Assembly (NCBI RefSeq): GCF_964204645.1
Contig: NC_134030.1
Location: 12,111,947-12,175,946 of the forward strand
DNA length: 64,000 nt
Origin: Tubulanus polymorphus
Taxonomy: Eukaryota > Animalia > Nemertea
Direction: 5' to 3'
The notes under the pieces: generated by a model
Told to the model about the DNA's origin: nothing
Databases searched by the model: none
What the model saw: only the letters and a program-made list of their open reading frames with translations
Translations under genes and position numbers: made by a program
Shown here: positions 1 to 11,607 of the stretch, piece after piece
How positions within the stretch are numbered: position 1 is the stretch's first letter
Layout of the letters: each line of letters opens with the position of its first letter

Positions 1-600
1 GGAAGAGTATATCGGCCAGCGCGAGGCAGCGTAACAGGTACAACGAGATGTGATCAGACGACTGGCGACGTATGATGAAAATACTGAACGTATTCAGAAT
101 GATGCCGACGATGCTGATCGGTAGAGCGCCCGCTAGTTTTACGCTGACGAGAAGCACGTTTTTAAAAACGTACGGTCGATTACAGTCTACGGTAGTTTCA
201 GCTACTGTGGTCGTTGCACTATAATTCATGCTGATAGCCACTGCATGTCACATACCACGAATAATGGCGGTTCTGATATCGATAGTTAAAAGTTATAGTT
301 ACCTACGAACAATCCCATGATTACGTAGTAAGAACGAACACTCCGTTGCTTCGGATAGTACTATTCCGAGTTCTGCGCGGTCATTATGAGCGTATCTATT
401 TAACACCCGTATTGCTCGGATTAGTTTTACTACCAACGGGTGGCACTGTAGGTAAATTTCACATGAATCAACGACTTTCGGCTATTAGCGGTACTTAAGA
501 CCACTTGAAAACATCATAGTCAATTACGGTAAGTATTAGGGAATATGGGGGTTCATACCAAAGGTCGAAGGGTCGAGCTCATAAAAATATGAAAATAAAT

Positions 601-876
601 AATTCTAGTCAAATGTAAAGAAATTCAATATTAACAAGAAATATTAGAAAAACATTAGAAAAACAATAACTTTCTTTAGAATGATGCTAGAGTGATACTA
701 ACAGTTAAAGTTATTGTTTCTATTTGCTCACTGGATTAAATAATATTTTAAATAGATTCGATTAGAAAAAACATTAGAATTGAATAAGTTAGTATTATTA
801 AAGCAAGTTATTGTTTTTCTAATGTTTTTTTAATATTTCTTGTTAATATTAAATTTCTTTACATTTGACTAGAATT
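601..876. repeat. Long inverted repeat (about 70-bp arms, 601-672 and 805-876) with a nested palindrome
   Basis: aattctagtcaaatgtaaagaaattcaatattaacaagaaata... is the near-perfect reverse complement of ...tatttcttgttaatattaaatttctttacatttgactagaatt. Confidence 0.85.
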
Positions 877-1525
877 CAACTGAAAATTCAATAAACTAAG
901 TAACTAATATCACTCTTGTCAGAAATAAAGCATAATTTGCATTTAATACGTATCTAATACGTATTTAATACATTAATACCTCTGCCCCCTTTTTTAATGA
1001 AATACTATTTTTACAATATTTTATACATTTCAGCCAATAGATTTTATATTTTCAGCTAATTTAACAGTCTTATTCTTAATTTATCATTTAGTTTATGAAT
1101 ATACAATCTACTCAATTTAATATTCAAACAGTTTAACAATCTAACGGATTCATTGTAATACTCTTTTAATAATGATAAAAATAAATATATAATTGAATAT
1201 AATTTGTACTTTTCCAAATATATATAATAAATCTCGCTTGACAGGGGTTCGGTATCACTCCCGAACTCGCTTCCATTCGGCTAGTAACGACTCCAACGAC
1301 TCGTGAGGTCAAGGGGTTCGGCAATGCTTTAGCGTAGTGGGTTCGAATCCCTTGACAGGTGAAGATGAATAAATCTGTGAGATAAATAAATATTGAAACA
1401 GAAATATATATGATAAATCTGTGATTTTCATTACTGAATCAAATATATATGATAATTCTGAAATTCATTACTGAATCAAATATATATCATAAAATTTAAA
1501 GATATTATATAATCTAAACTATTTA

Positions 1526-1612
1526 TATATCTATGTATTAGACGTACGAGTAAGAATCCAAGAAAGTAAGAATTCTTACTTTCTTACTCGTACGTCTAGT
1601 ACATATATGTAT
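1526..1612. repeat. Palindrome/hairpin
   Basis: tgtattagacgtacgagtaagaa pairs with ttcttactcgtacgtctagtaca; an inner aagaaagtaagaa/ttcttactttctt palindrome is also present. Confidence 0.8.
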
Positions 1613-2927
1613 AAATTAGTTTTATAATAATTATAAATATGAATTATTAATCTAAGTATAGAAATTTAAGTTTAAACATATAATTTATTCATTTTTATAT
1701 ATTTCAGCCAATATGTTTTATATTTTCAGCCAATTTAACAGTCTATTGCTTTATTTGAATTATATAATTTATCATTTAGCTCGTGAATATATTTATGATT
1801 CCTAAATGATTTTTCATTTTTATACCTTTACATATTTACATATTTCACAGCATTTAATATTATTAATTCTATCTGAAATATAATTTATGTTTTCTTTTAA
1901 TTCTGTATACCTAATTCTACAGTTATCATAGAATTCTAACAGCTGTTTTTATGAGTAAATTGAAAAAGAAACTAAACCTGAAACCATAATTATTAATTTC
2001 AGTTGCTCTTGATTTCTGTAAATAAGGTGTAATAAATTCAATATATGTTCACTCATTTTTATAGTTAAAATATGTAAAATAAATCAAATTAAAAGATGCT
2101 GTCTTAATCATCTAAATCATTTTCTAAATTAACTTTTTAATTCTTTTTATTTTTATGATTTCCATTTAATTTCTTTAATTTCTTGTTTAATTTTATATTT
2201 TCATTCATTAGATCCTTACTGATATTCTCGTTATAAAAGTAAAGCGCTGCCAATATTAACCCTCCAGCTACAAGATAATGTTTTAAATCACTTTTTCCAG
2301 TTGGAATGAAATTTTATTCATTTAAGAAAAAAATGAAAAGATTAATAAGTAATTTGAAATATCATATTTTGAATATTTAGGGTTTTCTGACTTTCGTCGA
2401 AAACCCTCTTGAAATTCTGTTGATTATTATTATTATATATTTTCCGCCGATTTCGTCAAATAAAATTCATCTTCATTCAGATTCGGCAACTGACAGTTCC
2501 GAAACGAAATGTATAAATTGATACTGTAATAACGGTCTCTCTGAACCAACAGATTGTCCGAATGTACTTTCCATCCTATTTGAAACTTAAAATTACTTAT
2601 TAAGTTACTGTAAATAAAGAATTGAATTGAATTGTTAGACAACAAGCACCGGCGAAATAACAGTTTGTGACGTCATTTAGTAAGTAAATAAAGGAGGGCT
2701 CCGAGAATTTCCAAATCACGGGGGACTATACTGGGGTTAGACCATTCAACCAAAAAGAGGATTGCTCCGATAATATCCAAATCATCTCATTTTATTTTTT
2801 CCATCGAATACCCGGTGATTAATTTTTCCTTTCGATCACATGCATCCAGAAAACCCGTTATCGCTGCTTTGCAGCTATATTTTAGTTTTATAATTTGAAA
2901 TTTTCCAATTACTCATACAGCTTAATC

Positions 2928-3566
2928 TTATTTCAATATAGAATTATTATTCTTTTCATAATTGATATGTTTAATTGTTTGATAATGCTTTGATTTATGT
3001 GATTTTAAATATTTGCCGCCACTATAAAAACATATTTTCTCATTAGGATTGAATTTTCTTAATTCATTATCTAAACCAAATTGAATTCCAATATCTTTAT
3101 AAGAATTATCATTAACTGATTCACATTGAATTCCAATATTTGATGAATTTTCATTATAGATAATTTGTTTGTTATTAAAATTAAAATGATATAATTGTCG
3201 TTTTTCAATTCTTAAGTTTATCAAATCATTGTAATCTTTAGAAAGTATTAAATCATCATTTCTTTCGTTAAAAGGAGTTTGAAGAATATTTATTATGTTT
3301 TCATCTCAATTCCCTTTATAATTTAAGACTGCATTGAATACTTTTGGATTTTTAGCACCATTATCAAAAGTATCTACTAGTTAAGTAATAAAATATTTTT
3401 CATTTGATAATATTTGTTTAATTACAGTAATATTATCGATTTTATATTGTCTTGCATACACTAAATTTGTTGCTTAAATATAATTTTTAATGTTAAACTG
3501 TGAAAATAATTTGTTGGTTTCATTGATTTCGATTTTAAATTTGGGTTCTTCTTCTTCTTTCTTCAT
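2928..3566 (-). pseudogene. Decayed intronless ~212-codon ORF with a C-terminal zinc-finger-like motif
   Basis: ATG at 3566 is in frame with ORF 2928-3224, separated by three in-frame stops. The C-terminus CFYSGGKYLKSHKSKHYQTIKH resembles CxxCGGKY...HKxKHxxTxKH fingers of large-DNA-virus/Polinton-like hypothetical proteins. Confidence 0.45.
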
Positions 3567-5201
3567 TTTATAACAAAACTTTAAAATGAATCTAACTCAT
3601 TCAAATATAAATATTCAATGTTAAAATATGAATTATTTCTCACACTTTACTCACACATTTATGTTTAAAAATCTAATTTTAATCAACTCGTTAATTTCTA
3701 TTTTATTTCACACTTTTATAATTAATATATAAATAATTTATAATTTATTTCAAAATATATGAAATTCATGTAAATAATGTTCATTTATATGAAAATATTA
3801 AGAGTAATAGGGAATATTGGGGTTCAGATCAAAGGTTGAAGGGGTGAGTGAGTAAAAAATAAAAAAATCCAAAAGTATTCAATACAGTTTTATATATGTT
3901 TTTTTTAAGGCTGGGCGAGAATATGTTCTTATGTTTTTGTTTCTCTGGATGTTGCTATTTAAGAGTTCAATCATTTCAGTCGACTACCAAACAAAGGATT
4001 TTTCTGTATGTTCTGTGTCCTGTTTTTCCATAACCCTAGGATTGCATTTTAGGTATCTTTTCGCGGATGACCGAGAGCTGCTGTCCCTTTCTAGTAATTT
4101 GATGATATCTGTCGAATTTTAATTTTCAAAAGGAATCAGGCATATCTCCTTGTTTAACTAAGTATGAACTCAACTTTAAGGGACACTCCCTTAAAAGGCG
4201 CCGAAGTGAAATCATGTGTCGAGTGGAGATGACAGAATTTCTTCAAAATCGGAGAAAATTGAATATTTTGAAAATAATGATTTTACACGTATGTAAATCC
4301 GTTATAACTGGAGCAATTTTCATAAAAACATATCTATGGAATCAGCGAAATGTAATCAAGAAGAATACTATGTATACGATGTTATCAAAGACATTTGAAA
4401 AAAGTTTTCTGAATTCGTCAACTGTGAAACTAGTGTCAACCAGATGTGTTCCCATTAAACAACCGACCGCGAGCCGAGTCAATGTAAGATGTGGCCTACA
4501 CTGAAAGTCTCAAGCGCTACCACCGGTTTTTAGGTGCCTCTGAATGTCGGCCGTTAAAAAACTGAACAATTGCCATTTAGAAAGGGCCTAGTTAGACAAA
4601 ATGCTAGATGTGTATATCGTGCGATACAGGCTCCATATTTCATGTGTGTTTGGAATTTAACCTTGTTTATAACGAAACACACCTGTTTTTTTTTATATTT
4701 TAGATTTAAAAAGAGCGCACGATATTGCAATAAAGAACTGACAATGAAAAAGGGGTAACAGGTGACTGATATTACACCGAATTTCCTATGAACACTTTTC
4801 ATATAGTGAATTCTATAGAAGAGTAAAAAGAACAAGAAAATTAATTTTAGAAAATTATTTGACGCCTGGGAAAAAAATGTAGAATTTCTGAGCTAAGCTA
4901 ATGTGGAATTGCAAATTTGAAATCGAAGTTTTAAGAAATTTGGGAAATGATGAGATTTGGCGATTGGGTAGATGATACAGGTCTTCGACTCTAGTAGTGG
5001 TTTAAATTTTTTTATTGAAAATTTTCAATAATTGATCGCGAACGTGCGACCGACTTCATTTACTTATGCCTCTAAGCTGGTCAGCAACTTCATTGCCTCC
5101 ATGGATGAAGAAAGAGCTCTTCTGATGTCTGCTTCATCATGACTTCGAGCATATTGTGTGGCCTAGCCAGCCGGCCCGGTCCCCGGCCACGGGTTTGGCT
5201 G

Positions 5202-5655
5202 TCACTCGATATCCTAGAGTCTTGAGTCTGGGTGGGTTGAAGTAGACATTGCCATTTAAAATAACATGCTTATGTTGTTCTGTATGAATTACCCGTGTGT
5301 CATGTATGTTGTATTAATTTATTTTAAAATTTGTATTTATTGAATTTGGGAATTTTATCCCGGAATATCAATGTAATAAGGATCAATAAAGAATTGAATT
5401 GAATTGTCACCTTATATACATGCCATCAGAGGACATGGAGCCGTATATGACAGCTATGCTATTATAAATTGCTAATCTCACGAAACTTGCATACTCCTAA
5501 TATCAAACATATTTTCTAAAACGTTTGAATATTGAAATTATATGTTTACACATTTTCATATTGACCGCTTGTAGCCGCTGATGAAATTCACGCCGGCCCT
5601 ACACACATCGTAGATAGCTTCGTCATTCCACCGGCATGCCCACGTCAGGGTCTGA
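5202..5655 (+). repeat. Dispersed repeat, copy 1 (copy 2 at ~59697-60322)
   Basis: Long near-identical match (gagtctgggt...gaagtagaca; aaagaattgaattgaattgtcacc...gtcagggtct) to the copy inside the PPCS intron. Confidence 0.85.
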
Positions 5656-6149
5656 CTTTTATATCAGACTTCCGCATCGTGTATACATCCGCCATTTAAC
5701 CGAATAATCCGATTTACTTATCATTTCTATTTATGCCTGCCGCTTCTGATATAATCATACATCCTTTACTATTACAATACGTCTTCTAATGATATTTAAT
5801 GCAATATAACATTTCGACGTTCAAATATAGGTCATTATATAATCACAGGAAGCCATTCTACATCTACGTCAATAATATTTTGCCAGATAGCTTGTTTGTG
5901 TACACATAAACCTGTGACGTTTTGCACATCGATTTACGGCTGTCGTTTGTAAAATGACGCTGAATGGTTAACATTGTTTAGGTTTCATAATGGTAACGTT
6001 TTATAAGGCGTCAAAAAACTTGAAATATTAACGAAACAGTTTTTTGACGGAAAAATCGGTACCGTCGAATTTTCAAAACTTTTTCAATGCCTTGGTTACC
6101 ACTGGTCTAGTACGCGGTCAATACGACGACAAGCACTTTCGAATTCGAC

Positions 6150-6550
6150 CACGATATTCGAGAAGTTTCACTTGGGCAGTGGTGGTCAGTGATGGTCAAT
6201 TTATGAATTTTCAATGGCGAATCCTTTCTAGTTTCACACCAAATGCGGTACCGGTATGTCGTTCTCACATTCGAGAAGTTTAAACTGGTCAGTGGTGGTC
6301 AGTGATGGTCAGTTTATGAATTTTCAATGGCGAATCCTTTCTAGTTTGACACCGTAACGCGGTATATCTTTCTCATATTCGAGAAGCATGAATTGGTCAG
6401 TGGTGGTCAGTGATAGTCAATTCATGAATTCTCAATATTTATGGCGAATCCATTCGAGTTTGACACCATAACACGGTGTATTGTTTTCAAATTCAAGGAG
6501 TTTGAATTGGTCAGTGGTGGTCAGTGATGGTCAGTTTATGAAGTTGCAAT
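6150..6550. repeat. Tandem repeat, about 110-115-bp unit, about 3.5-4 copies
   Basis: The core ggtcagtggtggtcagtgatggtca(a/g)tttatgaattttcaatggcgaatcc recurs at ~6175, 6287, 6395 and 6509. Confidence 0.85.
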
Positions 6551-7975
6551 GATTCTTCAGTAGTTTGAAAACAAACATAATTTGAAAAATTTCCGAAATT
6601 CGAAGTCAAGTGGTCAGACTCGGGGATATCTCAATTGATCAGTTTCTGACCGTCATGGTGTCACCATTGTGGTCTATAGCTCAAATGAAACATGTGGAAC
6701 CGACGAGGGGGCCCAAAAGCGTAAGTCATTTCCTGAGTTATGTGATCCAAAAATGCCCTAACTGGAAGAGGCAGTCTCTCAATTGGATGAATCGGACAGG
6801 ACAATCAAAAAAATTTGGGAAGGCCACAGGTAGTGATCTTTCCACGAAGCCCACGCGGTGAGCGTATTATTATAAAATCTTTTTTAAACCACCATGTACC
6901 ACGAAGTAATAAGCATCGTTGTAAGCACTTGAAACAGCCATTAACCACTTGAAACTGTCAAATCAAACATCCAAAGAGGGGTAGTTCAGCAAACCGGAGT
7001 TTTCATTGGCCTCTCTAGACTACCCCGCCAGTACGGGTAGCCGAGCAAACCGGAAAACTAATAATGGCTCCAGCTCGATCTGCGCCCAGTTCCGCTCGGA
7101 ACTGGTCAGCGTACGTGACGCATACTCGATGGGTCGACCATCTTGGAGTAATACAGCGCCCATCCCAGTACGCGAACTATCGGCTTGTAACACAAGATCT
7201 TTCCATGCATCATAGTAGGCTAGTACTGGGGTCACCGTTAATTTACGCTCAACTATATTAAATGCATCCTAGCATTGTTCTGTCCATTTGAACGCTTCGT
7301 CTTTGCGCTTAAGCATTCGTATTGGTTCGATGTTCCCTCTAGAGCTGCGCTCAACATTCGTCCGAATATCTCGCTACTGACTTTGATACCAAACAGTAAG
7401 CAAGTCCAACGAAATCTTCCATATGGAGTTATCATCGTTGTCAGCTTGGAGCTGCTATCGTCCAGCCTGACATGCCAGTACGCTTCTTTTACGTCGAGTT
7501 TGATGAAGACCTTCGGCTTACTAAGCATTGGTAGTACATCTTCTATAGTCGACAACTTGCGGTGTTCACGCACGAGAGCTTCATTTAGCGGTTGTGGGTT
7601 GATACACACCCTGATTTTTCCAGAGTTTTTCTTCACGACAGCCATTTGGGAAACCCACGGAGTGGGTTCAACAACTGGTGCGAGTATCCCACGTTTAACG
7701 AGTGTCAATCTCACTCTTGACGTCATCTTTGATTGCGATCGGCAGGTTTCGACAAGGTTGGGCTCGCGGCTCGTTTTTCTGGATCAACGGCCAGTGCAAC
7801 TTCACCTAGATCTCCTAGTATGGGTGTTGAGTCAACCTTTCCAACGAATCGTTCGTTGTGGACTGTTATGAGTTTCATATCTCGCAACACACCAAGACCT
7901 AGTAGGCACGAGACATTGTTGTTGACGACTGAAAATCGACCATTTCTCGTCTCCCCGGTACATGGATTTATGACA

Positions 7976-8644
7976 TCCAGGAAGAAAGCCACTAAATATT
8001 TGGATGGATATATGAAAGCTGTGGGTACTGGAGTGTGTGATGGGTAGTGTAGTGTGATCTGTGTGCATTTTGGTGGCCAGCACACAGATCACATTGTTCA
8101 TTGGGGTTTAGTCCAGGTCTCGCGAGATTTTCAACAACACGGAAGTAACGTGTAATAAATGATGACTTGAATTGCATGACTACCTACCACCCCTCATTAT
8201 TGTTGGAAAACTAAACGTTCCGCACTGACTAAAAATTAGTAATAATAATCAATAACATTTTAGAAATGGCCAGAATTTTTACTTAGGTTCTATCTCATTT
8301 TTATTTTACAATTGCGATTGGTATGATTTTTTTTTAAACGGCCGTTAAGGCTTCATGTTTCGTCTGCAATTCACTGCAAATAGTTACGCAACTACGCACA
8401 TTTCAATGTTTTTGGCAGCTGTATACTCAATCGGCAGCGTTCGTGACTAGCTTCACTGCGGAATTATCATTAATTAACATCGCCATATCACATCATCAAC
8501 TTATATTGTGCCTTAAAACCCTAACAGCCGAAATAATTGAAATACACACACGATTTCTATCATTGAAAATTGAGAGAATGGCCGTGTTTGTGTTCTGCTG
8601 CTTCGCGTAAATCCGACCGCGCGGAGTGGGGCCGATACGTCCAG
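7976..8644. mobile_element. Non-autonomous TIR-less element flanked by TCCAG direct repeats (copy 1, inside the gypsy protease)
   Basis: Near-identical to 32271-32939. TCCAG at 7976-7980 and 8640-8644. Removing the element but keeping one TCCAG restores the protease frame GETKLD-VINPCTG. Confidence 0.88.
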
Positions 8645-9520
8645 TTTCGTTTCACCAAGTGGAGTCATCGTAGAACCATTCCACATGATCAAATAAGCCC
8701 CCGATGAGTTTGTCAACTGCTCTCTCTTGACGTAACGTTGGCACCATGTCGAGTTGAAACTTGACTTCACGGTCATTCACCAACATTTGAGCACTGATGA
8801 GATCAGGCGGTGGCTGTGTTCCATTAACAGTGCCCACCCAGCCGATTGCTTCATCGCTGTCTGACTCAGACTGACGCACTGCTTCAACTGCTTTCACGAC
8901 CTTGGGTTTCGTGCACTTGAATTTGAAGTGATTTTTCCCATGACAATTATTGCACGTCTTTCGCCATGCTGGACATTTTTCACGACCAAATCATGCTGAT
9001 ACCCACAGAACTTACCTGGTACATTCTCGGTTTGTTGGTTTCGATGTCTCGAGTCGGTTGCGATAGGGCTTTTTAGCAGACCCCTGACGAGTTTTCGTAG
9101 TGGTCACTCTCTGTACAATCTTTTCGACTTTTCCCGGAGTTCGTCTGCTTGCTGATTCGATTGTTCGAATGCACGGCATAGCTTAACCGTCTTCGTCAGG
9201 GTCAGGTCATCTTCCCGAAGAAGCAAAGTTTGAACCTTCCCGGTGACAGAAAACACGATCTTGTCTCGTATCATGCGATCTTTTGCCGTTCCAAAATTGC
9301 ACGATTCTGCCCTCTTGAGGAGTTCGGTGAGGAATGCATCAAATGGTTCAATTTGATGAGTGTTCCAATATCGATGCGTCTAAAGGACTTCGCTTCATCT
9401 GGGATTACAGGACGCCTCTAATTTCCCAAGCAGCTTGTGTGGCTTTTTATCATCGCCGTTATTCATTCATTCAATCAATCAATCACTCGCCGGTGAAATT
9501 AGAACGTACGGTCCTTAAAT

Positions 9521-9533
9521 ACCGCTGCCACCA
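9521..9533 (-). promoter_or_regulatory. Primer binding site (tRNA-Leu)
   Basis: Minus strand reads TGGTGGCAGCGGT immediately after the LTR; complementary to the 3' end (ACCGCUGCCACCA) of metazoan tRNA-Leu(AAG/TAG). Confidence 0.85.
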
Positions 9534-9715
9534 TGTTGACGATACCCTAAGAATCGGGAGATGACGGACAAACACAGTTGATTGGCATGGACGAGAACTG
9601 AACTCTTTTATTCAACAGCCATTGTATTCATAAACAATGCACGTAATACTACATAATGACGACTTCCAGCTGTACTGAATACTCACAGTAACCGTTTACG
9701 TCAAATACATCAACA
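9534..9715 (-). mobile_element. 5' LTR of the gypsy element (182 bp)
   Basis: TGTTGA...TCAACA termini, AATAAA on the minus strand near 9607-9612, adjacent PBS. Confidence 0.85.
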
Positions 9716-11385
9716 ACTGCCAATATGTCAAGTCTAGACGGACATATACCCTGCTCGAATATGAATATTGACAAAATTCTGGATGACCCATATAGGTCAA
9801 AGGCCAAGGTCAAAGGTCAGGGTCAAACTTGGCTGTCAGTACGCAACAGTCTGTCCCCCGGGCAAAACCATTGCACATTTCTGCAAATTCAGGTGTCATT
9901 TTCATAATTTGTCAATAAAGAAATGACATTTGTGCTACACAATGGAAAATATCTTGATACGCTGCTTGAAATTACAGAAGCCTGGGTCAATGCACTAGTG
10001 AAGTTTTATACCACTCGAGGGACAATCTATTACTTATAGAATATCAAATTCTCCATTCAGATTGTTGAAAGTAAACCTTTGATGTTAATGGAAGGGCTGT
10101 GCATTTAGTTCATTCCTTTTTATGGGCTATTTTCAAGGGAAACTTGGCACAACTGTGGAAATATCCCGATTTACAAACGCAAACAACAGAATTAGAAAAC
10201 AGAATTATCCAAAAGTTTATTACGTTATGTAAAAGTATAATTAGAGATATAATTACGACACCCCAGCTGTTACATGATATCTGTACCGAGACCGATGTGG
10301 TCACGCCGCCCCTGCCTGGAAAGAGAGCGAGTCTTACTCGCCGTCGCCTTATATACCGGGCTGACTGATCGACTGTGCATTCTTTTCATGACAGCTATTA
10401 GTTATCAATTTTTAGCATTGGTTGACGTCTATGACGTCATGCCAATGCTAGTAAAATGGATCGAAAATAGTAGTACGAAAAAATAGCGCCGACTCTTCTC
10501 ATTTTCATAGTAATTTCAAATTGTCACTCCGTTCACGTAAAACATTAGAAACAGCTGAAAATTACTAAAAAAAATGTTTCAATTATTCCCCACAACATAG
10601 CGTCGCCAGATTTCTGATTTAATGGTCCAAAAAGTTATTTTTTCGTTCATTATCTGGTTGATGAGAGCGGGTTAAACAATCGCGTAGTGATATGTCCGCA
10701 TTGATATTGGCAGTAAAGAATGGGGAACAGCCTCTTCTGAATAGAAAAACATAAAATTATGTACCTCCGGTTTATAAATATCACAGTGTTTGGATATCAC
10801 TGTTATTCCAACTATCAGTATCCATGGGATTATTTGGGATTAATTCTCAGCGTCAGAATACGTATTTCTAGAGCAGTGGAACGGCAGCCTACTCGTGACT
10901 GAAACCCGTATGTGGTCGTGCGGGAACGCCTTAACTAAAGTTAAAACCATTTCATGATGACACGAAACATCAAACGGTAAACGGTAGGCTACCACCATGA
11001 TACGATATCACCAATAACGATAGATCATTTTATTCAATTTTACCAGAGTTGTTTATTGGAGGAAAATATCATTGTTAAGTACGCCGAGAACAACCATGTT
11101 GTATCATCAATCAGTTGACTGACATTGTAAAATTCGATTCGGCCATTCTAGTATAAGTTTTCACTTTAGGACGCCCTACCCGCCTGCTGCGCACTCATAA
11201 GGCGGTAGCACCCTCTTACGCACTCGGCAGAGATTCGCTTTCTAATGCGCGCCGGGAAAAAATACCTTTTATTATCTTTTCCATGCGTTAAACAACAGTG
11301 ATTGAATTAACTCGTTGTTTGTCGAAAATTGCAATATTGCGATGGTTATTTGCCGCTGCTGTAGTTCTTTGGAATTGAATCGAGC

Positions 11386-11607
11386 GGCCTCGGTAGCTCG
11401 GTGAGATAAGGCGTGATGCTGTTGAATCCACTATCAATGCTGAGTGACAAGTGGGTTCGAGTCCTGCTGGCTGCGAACAGTGTGCGGGCAACACTTCAAA
11501 GGCCGTACCGTCGTGAGGTTAAATGAACAATCCAATAGGAATAGTCTTGGGAAACCAAGATCCAAACGACGTACTTAAAGCCAAACAAACAAAAAGACAA
11601 ACAAACA
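11386..11607 (+). mobile_element. tRNA-derived SINE
   Basis: A-box-like TAGCTCGGTGAG, B-box GGTTCGAGTCC (~11453) and a (CAAA)n tail at 11582-11607. Confidence 0.75.

Larger units (their letters stand above)
531..3890 (-). mobile_element. AT-rich degenerate virus/Polinton-like insertion (candidate endogenous viral relic)
   Basis: Far more AT-rich than its flanks. Bounded by ~60-bp imperfect direct repeats (tagggaatatgggggttcataccaaaggtcgaaggg at ~537; tagggaatattggggttcagatcaaaggttgaaggg at ~3808). Contains several palindromes and intronless K/N/I-rich ORF remnants on the minus strand. Confidence 0.4.
7020..9533 (-). mobile_element. Degenerate Ty3/gypsy LTR retrotransposon internal region (gag-protease-RT-RNase H), 3'-truncated
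   Basis: RT motifs TPWVSQMAVVKK..GKIRVCINP, KLDVKEAYWH and TPYGRFRW..L.FG; RNase H QADSS..GMGAVLLQ..PIEYASRTLT..E.NWAQIE; protease VKFQLD and LLG; gag zinc-knuckle remnant near 8930-8980. Many frameshifts. Confidence 0.92.

Noticed and set aside
1311-1362. Possible tRNA gene
   Set aside because: Has a T-loop/B-box but no D-arm or full cloverleaf; kept only as a structured-island finding.
4176-5075. Kolobok-like element bounded by TTAA-like sites
   Set aside because: Could not match convincing TIRs at both ends.
6150-6550. CRISPR-like array
   Set aside because: The 'spacers' are homologous to each other, there are no cas genes, and the context is eukaryotic.
7275-7871. 198-aa + strand ORF
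   Set aside because: Antisense shadow of the gypsy RT; no independent coding signal.
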